DNA of 64,000 nucleotides, taken from contig JBGARZ010000004.1 in NCBI GenBank assembly GCA_044229975.1, positions 352,001 to 416,000 on the forward strand, read 5' to 3'. Of the stretch, positions 1 through 8,557 are shown in pieces. Every line of letters begins with the position of its first letter. Position 1 is the stretch's first letter. The stretch is from Polyangiales bacterium. Its GTDB lineage: Bacteria > Myxococcota_A > Polyangia > Polyangiales > Ga0077539. The notes under the pieces were generated by a model, which saw only the letters and a program-made list of their open reading frames with translations, had not been told where the DNA came from and made no database searches. The position numbers were made by a program, and so were the translations under genes.

Positions 1-2446
1 TGGGATCGGTGGTCAATACCTGGTGCAGTAAGTCGAGGGCGCGCGGGTCGCGGGTGGCGCCGAGGGCGAGCACGACCCGGTAGCGGACGTGATCGTCGGG
101 CAATCGGGCGACGAGGGCCTCGAAGGCGCCAGGGTCGCGGACCGAACCGAGAGCCCGGGCGGCGTCGAGGGTGGTGGCCTCGTCGGCGCTCCAGAGGGCT
201 TCGGTGAGGGCCTCGGTGGCGCGGTGGTCGCCGAGCGCGAGCGCGGCGCGCCATCGCCTCTCGGGCGGATCGCTGGTGAGCAGGTCGGCGAGGAGCGAGC
301 GGGCGCGTGCGTCGCCGGCGCGGCCGAGGGCGATGGCGGCTTCGGCGCGGACGTCGGCGGAGGGGTCGGCGAGCAGCGGCGTGAGGCGGGCGGTGAGGGC
401 GTCGTCGGCGAAGCGCGCGAGCAGGGTGACGGCCTCGGCGCGGGCATCGGCGGGGCGAGCGCGGTCGACGGCGAGAGCGACGAGGTCGGGCGCGGCCGAG
501 CGGTCGCCGAGACGACCACGGGCGAGGGCGGCGCCGCCACCGGACTCAGCCGCGAGGGTGGCGAGCCAGCCATCGAGCGCGGCGCGGAGGGCGGTGCGCT
601 CGGTGGGGAGAGACTCGACGAGGTTGCGGCGCTCGGCGGGGTCGCGGGCGAGGTCGAAGAGTTCTTCGGTGCCGTAGGTGAGGTCGACGATGAGCTTGAA
701 GGGCCAGCGAACGGCCGCGGCGCGGGTGTTCACCGCGGAGAAGACGGTGCGTGGTTGGGACGGCGGCGTGGGGAGGAGCCAGGGGCGGAGGTCGGTTCCG
801 CGCATGGAGGCGGGAGGGCGGTGGCCCGTCATGGAGAGCAGCGTGGGGGCGACGTCGACGAGCTGGGCGGGGGCGTCGACGACGCGCGCGGTCATGCCGG
901 GCGCGGCGATGAGGAGCGGGACGCGGACCTGTTCATCGTAGACGGTAGAGCCGTGGTAGACGCCGCCGTGCTCGCCAAACTCCTCGCCGTGGTCGGCGGT
1001 GACGGCGACGATGAGCGGGCGATGGAGCACCGCGCGGGCGTGGTCGAGCACCGTCGCGATGGCCGCGTCGACGTGGCGGACGCCGTCGTCGTACTGCGCC
1101 TCGGGCGTCGCGCCGGACCCTTGGTAGGGCGCGTGGGCGTCGAAGAAATGCACCCACGCGAACACGGGCGGTTCGCCGCGGCGCACGACGTCGTCGAGCT
1201 CGCGGTTGAGGGCCTCGGCCTGACCACGGGCGTCGCGGTCGACGTGGTCGGCCCGGGTGAAGCCGAGGTCGCGGTCGCGGTAGGCCGTGAGCCGCTCGCC
1301 CTCGGTGAAGAACACCCCGCGGGTGAACACCGCCGCCGTGGTGTAGCCCGCGCGACTGAGAGACTCGGCGAGGGTGTCGAGGGGCTGCGGCTGACCCAGC
1401 GGGACGGTCTCGTGCAGGTACTCGCCCGTGTGCAGCGACGAGAGCGAATAGCTGGAGTGGGGGGCCTGGGCGTAGGTGCGGGAGAAGAGGGTTCCGCGGG
1501 CGGCGAGGGCGTCGAGCGTCGGGGTGAGGGAGCGACCGGCGACGACGCGGCCGAGGCGGTCGGCGCGCATGGCGTCGACGGTGATGAGCAGGACGTGGGC
1601 GTCTTCCCAACGAGGGAGATGGGCGTCGTCGGAGGTAGAGGCAGTGCGGGCGGTGGGTGTGTAGGGACGCGCGGTCGGCGCAGGACGTAGTGCGGTGACG
1701 GCGAGCGCGGCGTGGCGGACGAAGGGCGCGTGGACGCCGAAGACCTCGGCGCGCACGTTGGGCCAGGCGTCGAGCCGGGTGAAGGACCACGGCGCGACGA
1801 CGAGCGCGAGCGCGCTCAGGATGACGGCGGGGCGTGACGGGTGTGGGCGCGCGAAGAGGGATGCGGCGACCGCGAAGGCGAGGAGGGTGAGCGCGCCGAG
1901 GGCGGCGTGGAGATACTCGTAGAGGCGCGGGAGCACGCGGTGGTCGACGGCGTGGAGGATGAGCGCGGCGACGACGAGGAGCGCGGCGGTGGGTACGCGA
2001 GCGCCGAGCGAGCGCGGGCGGAGCGCGGTCACGAAGCGGCGCAGGAGGGTGAGCGCGACGGCGGTGGCGGCGACGAGCGCGAGGGCCGTGAGGGGGCGGA
2101 CGATCCAGAGGGCGGGGAGGCGGCGCATGCGACCGCCAGTGAAGAGGAGCCACGCGACGAGCGAGAGCGCGGGGGCGGCGAGGAGGGCGTGGCGCGCGAG
2201 GGGGCGGGCGAGCGCGCGGGCGAGGAGGGCGTCGGCTGCGAGGAAGGCGGCGCCGACGAGGGCGCCGACCGCGGCGCCGAGCGGGAGGAGCACCGCGACG
2301 AGGCGGAGCTGGTCACGGCCGGGCGCGAGCCAGAGGATGGTGCTGGCGACGTCGGCGAGGGCCGAGAGGGCACCGGCGGTGGCGCCGAGGGTCAGGCCGC
2401 GAAGGGCGGCGGCGTTGGTTGAGGTGCGGATGGGATTTGAACCCAC
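1..2446 (-). CDS. Membrane-anchored sulfatase-like hydrolase/transferase with C-terminal HEAT repeats (partial, runs off the left edge; start uncertain)
   Basis: Hand translation (absent from the ORF track because no stop lies in the window): N-terminal hydrophobic helices, then VLLITVDAMRADRL, YAQAPHSSYSLSSLHTG, FAWVHFFDAHAPY, TADHGEEFGEHGGVYHG, then HEAT-like repeats (DVRAEAAIALGRAGD). No canonical CxPxR. Confidence 0.85.
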   Translation of the reverse strand, partial: MGSNPIRTSTNAAALRGLTLGATAGALSALADVASTILWLAPGRDQLRLVAVLLPLGAAVGALVGAAFLAADALLARALARPLARHALLAAPALSLVAWLLFTGGRMRRLPALWIVRPLTALALVAATAVALTLLRRFVTALRPRSLGARVPTAALLVVAALILHAVDHRVLPRLYEYLHAALGALTLLAFAVAASLFARPHPSRPAVILSALALVVAPWSFTRLDAWPNVRAEVFGVHAPFVRHAALAVTALRPAPTARPYTPTARTASTSDDAHLPRWEDAHVLLITVDAMRADRLGRVVAGRSLTPTLDALAARGTLFSRTYAQAPHSSYSLSSLHTGEYLHETVPLGQPQPLDTLAESLSRAGYTTAAVFTRGVFFTEGERLTAYRDRDLGFTRADHVDRDARGQAEALNRELDDVVRRGEPPVFAWVHFFDAHAPYQGSGATPEAQYDDGVRHVDAAIATVLDHARAVLHRPLIVAVTADHGEEFGEHGGVYHGSTVYDEQVRVPLLIAAPGMTARVVDAPAQLVDVAPTLLSMTGHRPPASMRGTDLRPWLLPTPPSQPRTVFSAVNTRAAAVRWPFKLIVDLTYGTEELFDLARDPAERRNLVESLPTERTALRAALDGWLATLAAESGGGAALARGRLGDRSAAPDLVALAVDRARPADARAEAVTLLARFADDALTARLTPLLADPSADVRAEAAIALGRAGDARARSLLADLLTSDPPERRWRAALALGDHRATEALTEALWSADEATTLDAARALGSVRDPGAFEALVARLPDDHVRYRVVLALGATRDPRALDLLHQVLTTDP

Positions 2447-2493
2447 GTATCACGGTTTTGCAAACCGTTGCCTGGCCACTTGGCTACCGCACC
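2422..2493 (-). tRNA. tRNA-Cys (GCA)
   Basis: Reverse complement GGTGCGGTAGCCAAGTGGCCAGGCAACGGTTTGCAAAACCGTGATACGTGGGTTCAAATCCCATCCGCACCT: acceptor stem GGTGCGG/CCGCACC, anticodon arm ACGGT-TTGCAAA-ACCGT, T-loop GGTTCAAATCC. CCA is not encoded. Confidence 0.96.
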
Positions 2494-2566
2494 ACCTCTC
2501 ACCGGAACGATGAGGGAGGCGGAGTTAGCACCAGGGCACCGGGCGCTGTCAACCGTTCGTGCGGGC

Positions 2567-3886
2567 TCAATCGCGGACGCGCAGGTCGAGCCAGCGGTCG
2601 CAGCGGGCGAGCCACTCGCGCGGGCCGCGGCGCGCATCGAGATGCTCCACGAGCTCGGCGGCCATGTGGACGCAGTGGTCCATGTTGCAGTGCAGGAAGA
2701 GACCCTGACGGCCGACGGGGTACACCTCGCCGAGGTCGATGGTGGTCGCGAGGGCGCCGCGCCAACGCTGCACCCAACCGCGCTCGTACAGCGGGTACAC
2801 CGAGGGGACGAAGGTCTGCCGCAGGGCAAGTGGTACGGCACGCGTACGAATGATCCCCGCGGCGCGGAGCTGCGCGACGAGCTCGTCGGCGCGGGCCACG
2901 AAGTCGACGTCGGCGCCCCAACGCCCTTCGGGAATCTCCACGCAGAGCACCTCGCGCCCATCGACCTGCAGCGCCGGGGAGAAGCGCTCGGGGCGCGACA
3001 CGCGGCCGAACCAGTAGCGCGCGTCGGGCACGTACCAGGTGTCGGCGTCGGAGAGTGATCCGCGGGGCAACGCGAGGTGCAGGAGGTACAGGCCGCGGTG
3101 GCGCAGGCCCGCCGCGGGCGCGAGCTCGGGCAGGCGACCGGTGAACACCACGGGGCGACCGACGCGCACGTCGTCGGAGCGGAAGGGGCGACCGAAGCGC
3201 GGCTCGACCCCGGCGCGACGAAGCTCCGCGACGAGGTGCTCGATGAGACCCGCCATGGCGCGCGTCGGGTAGAGGAAGGTCGCGCTCGTCGGCTTCGCCT
3301 GCGCGCGGAGCGAGTCCCATGGCGAGGCGACGGAGACACGCTGGCGGGCGATGGTGCGTGAGAGCTGCGCTGCGGGGGCACCCCACACCTTCTCCACGTA
3401 CGGTTGGTAGAAGCGCTCGAAGGCCGCGCTCCCCACCCGCGCGCGAACGAAGTCCGCGAAGCCCTCATCGCCTCCAGTGGCCTCGCCGCGGTCGGCCTCC
3501 CATCGTCGGAAGCGTCGGAGCTGCCCCGGTCGCAGCGCCCAGCCCGCGCCCATCGCCAGCGCCGCGCGTGGTCCTAGCGCGCGCAGAAACGCGCCGAGAC
3601 GCAGCGGGTACTCCACCGACCGATCGCCCAGCACCAGCACGCCGCGCCTCGGTCGTGGCGTCCAGTGCTCGGCAGCGGTGAGCTCGGTGAGCAGGGGATG
3701 GGCATCGGTGTGCACCCGGTGTGATCCTCGGTCGAAGCGGTGTCCCTCGAAGGGGACGCCTGCCAACAACCCTCCAGGCTCATCAGCGGCGTCGATGAGC
3801 TCGACCCGCCAGCCGCGGCGCGCAAGCAGGAGGGCGGCCGCGAGACCGGTGATGCCCGCGCCTACGACGAGGGCGTCAGCGGTCAC
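2567..3886 (-). CDS. FAD-dependent oxidoreductase (protoporphyrinogen oxidase/UDP-galactopyranose mutase-like)
   Basis: ALVVGAGITGL dinucleotide-binding motif, EPGGL, FDRGSH, C-terminal GRQGLFLHCNMDHC; GTG start overlaps the dinB end. Confidence 0.8.
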   Translation of the reverse strand: MTADALVVGAGITGLAAALLLARRGWRVELIDAADEPGGLLAGVPFEGHRFDRGSHRVHTDAHPLLTELTAAEHWTPRPRRGVLVLGDRSVEYPLRLGAFLRALGPRAALAMGAGWALRPGQLRRFRRWEADRGEATGGDEGFADFVRARVGSAAFERFYQPYVEKVWGAPAAQLSRTIARQRVSVASPWDSLRAQAKPTSATFLYPTRAMAGLIEHLVAELRRAGVEPRFGRPFRSDDVRVGRPVVFTGRLPELAPAAGLRHRGLYLLHLALPRGSLSDADTWYVPDARYWFGRVSRPERFSPALQVDGREVLCVEIPEGRWGADVDFVARADELVAQLRAAGIIRTRAVPLALRQTFVPSVYPLYERGWVQRWRGALATTIDLGEVYPVGRQGLFLHCNMDHCVHMAAELVEHLDARRGPREWLARCDRWLDLRVRD

Positions 3887-5093
3887 GGCGGAGGATCTCG
3901 TCGCGAAGGGTTCCGCGGTCGGCATCGAGCACGTCGGCGGGGCGCACGGCGCCGACCCCGAAGCGCGTGGCGATGGCGTCGAGGGCGCCGTTGAGCTTGC
4001 TCGCGCGGCGAGCGTCTGCATCGAAGAGGCCCGGTTGTTGGGTGGGCGCTTCGAGCAGCACCGCGCTCACGCCGCACAGGCGCATGGGTGTGAGGGCACC
4101 GTTGCGTTCTTCGCGGGCGAGGAGCTCGGCGACGGCCTCGTAGAGCTGCTGACCGTCGCTGGTGGGCGCGTCGAAGGTGGTGCGTCGGGTGCGCAGCTCG
4201 AAGTCGGCGGTCTTGAGCTTGAGCACGACACCGCGGGCGACACGGTCGGCCCGACGGAGGCGTCGCGCGACGCGCAAAGCCTGGGCGTGCAGGTGCGGGA
4301 GCAGGGCCTCGCGGGTGGAGAGGTCGTCGCCGAAGGTGTCCTCGGCGCCGACGCTCCTGGCGTCGCGGTCGGGTGTCACGCCGCGCGGGTCGATGCCGCG
4401 GGCGAGGTCGTGGAGGTGCGCGCCGAGCGAGCCGAGGAGGTGCTGGAGCGCGTCGCGGTCGTGGCGGGCGACGTCGTCGACGGTCTCGATGCCGACGTTG
4501 GCGAGGCGCTGGTGGGTGCGCGCTCCGACGCCCCACAGACGCGACACGGGGAGCGGCGCGAGGAAGGACACAACAGTGCCTGGAGGGACGACGCGCAGGC
4601 CATCAGGCTTGGCGAGGTCGGAGGCGATCTTGGCGACAAACTTCACCGGCGCGACGCCCGCCGACGCGGGGAGATGGAGCTCGTCGCGGATGCGTTGGCG
4701 GAGCGTTCGGGCGATGACCGCGGGCTCACCGAAGAGGGCGCGTGAACCGGTGACGTCGAGGAAGGCTTCGTCGAGGGAGAGCGGTTCGACGAGCGGCGTG
4801 ACCGACGAGAGGATGTCGTGGAGCTGCTCGCTGGCGGCGACGTAGGCCTCGAAGCGCGGGCGCACCACGACGACATCGCGGGGAGCGAGGCGCAGCGCGC
4901 GGGCCATGGGCATGGCGCTGCGGACGCCGAAGGGGCGCACCTCGTAGCTGGCCGCGAGCACGACGCCGCGCTGGTGGCCGCCGACGATGACGGGTCGACC
5001 GCGGAGGGACGGGTCGTCGCGCTGCTCGACGGACGCGTAGAAGGCGTCCATGTCGACGTGGACGATGGCGCGGTCGGCGGCCGCCGCGGTCAC
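3876..5093 (-). CDS. dinB: DNA polymerase IV
   Basis: IVHVDMDAFYASVEQRD, SYEVRPFGVRSAMP, SLDEAFLD, KIASDLAKPDG; GTGA overlap with the upstream gene. Confidence 0.95.
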   Translation of the reverse strand: MTAAAADRAIVHVDMDAFYASVEQRDDPSLRGRPVIVGGHQRGVVLAASYEVRPFGVRSAMPMARALRLAPRDVVVVRPRFEAYVAASEQLHDILSSVTPLVEPLSLDEAFLDVTGSRALFGEPAVIARTLRQRIRDELHLPASAGVAPVKFVAKIASDLAKPDGLRVVPPGTVVSFLAPLPVSRLWGVGARTHQRLANVGIETVDDVARHDRDALQHLLGSLGAHLHDLARGIDPRGVTPDRDARSVGAEDTFGDDLSTREALLPHLHAQALRVARRLRRADRVARGVVLKLKTADFELRTRRTTFDAPTSDGQQLYEAVAELLAREERNGALTPMRLCGVSAVLLEAPTQQPGLFDADARRASKLNGALDAIATRFGVGAVRPADVLDADRGTLRDEILRRDR

Positions 5094-6085
5094 TCGTGCC
5101 CGGCAGCCTGCACCCGCGCGAGGAAGCCCGGGTCGGGCAGCGTCGCCGAGACCCGCGAGCGGACCCGCGCGAAGATGTCGTTCCAGCGCTCGCGCTGTGG
5201 CGCGGTGAGTACGACCGTCTGCATGCCGCGCGCTTCGAGCGCCCGCACCGCGTCGCCGTCGGCGCGCAGAAACGCCGGGCGGTAGATGGTCGTGGCCTGC
5301 GCGATGACCTCCGTGATGGTCGTTCGTTGGGCGGGCGTGAGCGACTGCGCGGCCGAGCGCGAGATCACCAGTCCCGCCATGGACCCGCTGGCGGGGCGCT
5401 CGCTCATGTAGCGGACGTGCTGCGACCACTGGAGCGCGATGGCCGCCGACGGCGGCGCGAACACCGTGTCGATGCGGTGGGTCTGCAACCCGCCGAGCAC
5501 CTCGGGCAGTGCGAGCGGAACGCCCGTGGCGCCCGTCTCGGCGTAGAGCGCAGGGAGGATGGGGTCGTCGGTCCAGCGCCAGGGGCGCGCGGCGCGGAGG
5601 TCTTCGGGCGTTCGGATTTCCCGCGTGGAGAACATCCGCGGACCCGTTGCGGGCGACAGGTTGAGGATGGAGAAGCCCGCGCGCTCGAAGCCCGCTTCGA
5701 GGTCGGGCCGCAGTGTCGTGAACGCCCGCATGAAGCCCTCCGGGGTACGGAACACCGCGGGTAGCTGAAACGCCAGCACCGGCCGGTACACCTGCGCGAG
5801 CCCGGTCGCCGTGAGCGCGCCGCCGTCGAGGCGCCCCGAGCGGATCTTGCGCACCACCTCGGACTCGTCGCCCTGCACGCCGCCCACGTACCAGCGAAAC
5901 GACAGCTGTCCGCCGGTGCGCCGTCGCAGCTCGCGGTTCATCGCGTCGAGGACGCGCATCGGCAGCGAGCCCGACGGCGCGAGCGTGGCCATGGAGAGCA
6001 CGCGCTGCGCGAGGGCCGTGGTCGGCAGCAGCACCAGCGTCGTGACGAGTGCGCCCGCGAGGGCCCGTCGGGCGGTAGGTCTCAT
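5090..6085 (-). CDS. dctP: TRAP transporter substrate-binding protein (DctP family)
   Basis: Signal peptide; MATLAPSGS, GGVQGDESEVVRKIRSGRLDG, EVLGGLQTHRID. Confidence 0.8.
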   Translation of the reverse strand: MRPTARRALAGALVTTLVLLPTTALAQRVLSMATLAPSGSLPMRVLDAMNRELRRRTGGQLSFRWYVGGVQGDESEVVRKIRSGRLDGGALTATGLAQVYRPVLAFQLPAVFRTPEGFMRAFTTLRPDLEAGFERAGFSILNLSPATGPRMFSTREIRTPEDLRAARPWRWTDDPILPALYAETGATGVPLALPEVLGGLQTHRIDTVFAPPSAAIALQWSQHVRYMSERPASGSMAGLVISRSAAQSLTPAQRTTITEVIAQATTIYRPAFLRADGDAVRALEARGMQTVVLTAPQRERWNDIFARVRSRVSATLPDPGFLARVQAAGHE

Positions 6086-6125
6086 GGTGCCGCGCAGCGT
6101 ACCAGCAGCGCCGCGAATGGGGGTC

Positions 6126-6884
6126 CTACGCCCGCAGCGCCACGAGCAGCGCGCCGACCCCGCCGTGCTCATCGGGCGCCGTGCGCAGCGCGTCGATCTC
6201 GTTGGCCGTCGGCGCCGCCGCGAGCGCCTTCACCACCGCGTCGCACAGCACGGCCACGCCGCCGGGGGAGTTCTTCCCCTTGCCGCAGATCACCGCCACG
6301 CAGCGCAAGCCCCGCGCCCGCCGCGAGCGCACGAACTCCTGCACCCTCGCCGCGGCCTCCATCGACTCCAGCCGGTGCAGATCGCACGTCTCCTGCGGCA
6401 GCGCGAACCTTCCCAGCGCCTCCAATGAGAACTCGTGCCCGCGCCGAAACGCCACCACCGTCCCGTCGTCGCGCCAGCTCACGGCGAGCCCCGCGCCGCC
6501 CTCCGCCGCCGCCCGCTTGAGCTTCGTCTCCAGCGGAACCTTCCGCGGCTTCACCTCGCCCGCCGGGTCGCTCGCGCTCACCCGCGCGGCCTTCGCGTCG
6601 AGCGGCTGCACCCCCATCATCGCCGACGCGAAGAGCTGCCCCTCGTCCGGTCGCCACACGTCCACGTCGCCGCGCTTCATCGTCGGCGTCGGCGCTGTCG
6701 GCGCGGCCTTCGTTGGCTTCGCCTTCTCCTTCGGCAGCCCCAACCAACGTGCCTGCTCGGCCCGCGCCTCGGCCTTCTTCTTCTCCTCGGCGGCCTTGGC
6801 GTCGATCTCCGCCTGGAGCCCGTCCTTCACCTTCTGGAGCGCGGCGAAGGGGTGGTTGGCGTCGGGCCTGTTCTTCCTGCTCAT
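6126..6884 (-). CDS. Smr/MutS2 domain protein
   Basis: C-terminal CDLHRL...VICGKGKNS...HGGVGALLVAL Smr signature. Confidence 0.9.
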   Translation of the reverse strand: MSRKNRPDANHPFAALQKVKDGLQAEIDAKAAEEKKKAEARAEQARWLGLPKEKAKPTKAAPTAPTPTMKRGDVDVWRPDEGQLFASAMMGVQPLDAKAARVSASDPAGEVKPRKVPLETKLKRAAAEGGAGLAVSWRDDGTVVAFRRGHEFSLEALGRFALPQETCDLHRLESMEAAARVQEFVRSRRARGLRCVAVICGKGKNSPGGVAVLCDAVVKALAAAPTANEIDALRTAPDEHGGVGALLVALRA

Positions 6885-7126
6885 GACCGCGCGGGGACGC
6901 GAAACCTCGCCCGCAGCGCCGTCTGCGCCGCGAGCAGGCCCGCGAGGAGCCCGTCCTCGTAGTGGAAGTCCGAGTCGTCGAGCTCGCGGAAATCGTGGGC
7001 GTTGCGAACGTCCTCCGCGGTCAGGCCCGGCCGCAGTCGGCGCGCGAGCGAGAGCACCTTCTGCTCCTGGTGATCGACCATCCGTTGCAGCAGGTCTTCC
7101 ATCGCCGCAAAGCTCTCGGTGTCCAT
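6881..7126 (-). CDS. Small hypothetical protein
   Basis: ATGA overlap with the Smr gene; plausible protein MDTESFAAMEDLLQRMV...FHYEDGLLAGL. Confidence 0.7.
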   Translation of the reverse strand: MDTESFAAMEDLLQRMVDHQEQKVLSLARRLRPGLTAEDVRNAHDFRELDDSDFHYEDGLLAGLLAAQTALRARFRVPARS

Positions 7127-7151
7127 CAAAAACCTCTCTGCTCCCCTTTAG

Positions 7152-7451
7152 CTACCGTGCACCAAGCGCCTGCGTCAGCACCGCCGCGACGTCGTCGGCG
7201 GTCACCTCGATGAGGTGTTCGTTGTGCGGGTGGATCGCCACCGCGCAACCGCTCCGGGGACAATGCCCCAGACAGCCGGTCGCCGTCACCCACACCCTGG
7301 CCGACACCCCGCCACCCACCGTCGCCCGCTTGAGCGCGTCGAACACCGCGGGGCCCGTCGCGCCGCACCCCGAGCGCAACGGATCATCCGCCCGCCGCGC
7401 GTTGGTGCACACCAGCAGATGCACTCGCGGCCGCAGGGGTGAGGGCTTCAC
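7152..7451 (-). CDS. Thioredoxin-like (2Fe-2S) ferredoxin
   Basis: LLVCTN...SGCG...TGCLGHCP pattern; GTGA overlap with the upstream TPR gene. Confidence 0.85.
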   Translation of the reverse strand: MKPSPLRPRVHLLVCTNARRADDPLRSGCGATGPAVFDALKRATVGGGVSARVWVTATGCLGHCPRSGCAVAIHPHNEHLIEVTADDVAAVLTQALGAR

Positions 7452-8473
7452 CGCCGCACCGTCCGCAACGCTCGCAGGTGGGCTTCCGCGCGCTGTCGCC
7501 ACGGGTCGGTGGTCGGCGCGCGGTCGAGGTATCGCTGCCACGCGGCCGTCGCTTCGGCGCGGTGCTCGCGCGCCCGCTCGGCGTCGGGCGTCACGCCGAA
7601 GGGGTTGCCCGGCGACCACGCGCGGGCGATGGCCTCGTGGGCGATGCCCTCGTAATACTGGCGGTCGTAATCCGGGACGTAGAACACCCCGGGCGCGGAG
7701 AGCGCGTCGATGAGGGCGGCCGGGTCGAAGCCCGCCGCGGTGCGCGGGGTGGAGGCGTGTCGCATGGACTCGTCGGAGGCGGCGCGGACGGCCCGCGTCG
7801 CATCGGGCATCGGGTCGAGGCGTGCGCGGTCGCGGGCGAGGGCGAGGCCCAGCCAACCGAGCGCCCACTCGGGGCGCAGCGCGATGGCGCCCTCGTAGGC
7901 CGCGATGGACGTCTGCACATCGCCCAGCGCCATGAACGAATCCCCCAGGTTGCCCAGCGTGGTGGCGCGCTCGGAGCCGTCGAGGGGGAAGCGGAGCGAG
8001 GCGAGGTAGTGGTCGCGCGCCGCGGCGTGGTCGTTGAGCCAGGTGTGCGCCACCGCGAGGGCGAAATGAACGCTCGGCGCCGATGGCCCGTCGGGGTCGA
8101 GCGCGAGGGAGCGCGCGCCGTCGCGGAGTGCGCCTGCGAGGTCACCGGTTCGCTCGCGCAGGTGGGCGACCGCGGCGAGGACACCCGCGTCGTCGGGTCG
8201 CAACGACAGGGAGCGCTCGTAGTGGGTGAGCGCCTCGCGGTGCAGCTCGTCGCTGGAGGCGCGCTCACGCTCGCGGTCGATGCGTGCGCGGGAGTAGTCG
8301 GAGAGCCCGGCGAGGGAGGCGACCCAGTCGCCCATGCGGCGCTCGTCGTCGGCCTCACGCGCGGCGGGAGAGGCGGTGAAGCGCGCGACCGCGTCGACGG
8401 TCTGCGCGAGCGCAACGCTGGGCGTCGCGAGCGGAGCGCAGAGCGCGAGGAGGAGGGCGCGCGGGGTGCTCAC
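7448..8473 (-). CDS. Secreted tetratricopeptide repeat protein
   Basis: Signal peptide (RALLLALCAPLATPSVALAQ) and TPR-like repeats (ALTHYERSLSLRPDD, IAAYEGAIALRPE). Confidence 0.8.
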   Translation of the reverse strand: MSTPRALLLALCAPLATPSVALAQTVDAVARFTASPAAREADDERRMGDWVASLAGLSDYSRARIDRERERASSDELHREALTHYERSLSLRPDDAGVLAAVAHLRERTGDLAGALRDGARSLALDPDGPSAPSVHFALAVAHTWLNDHAAARDHYLASLRFPLDGSERATTLGNLGDSFMALGDVQTSIAAYEGAIALRPEWALGWLGLALARDRARLDPMPDATRAVRAASDESMRHASTPRTAAGFDPAALIDALSAPGVFYVPDYDRQYYEGIAHEAIARAWSPGNPFGVTPDAERAREHRAEATAAWQRYLDRAPTTDPWRQRAEAHLRALRTVRR

Positions 8474-8557
8474 GACGGCGGCGCACCGTAGCACCGGGCG
8501 CTCGGCCCTGTCGCGTTGTGGACCCTCCACACCGTCACCCGTAGAGTCCCCGGCCGC

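Noticed and set aside
2422..2493. tRNA-Cys as an island integration site
   Set aside because: No duplicated tRNA 3' end or integrase was found in the window.
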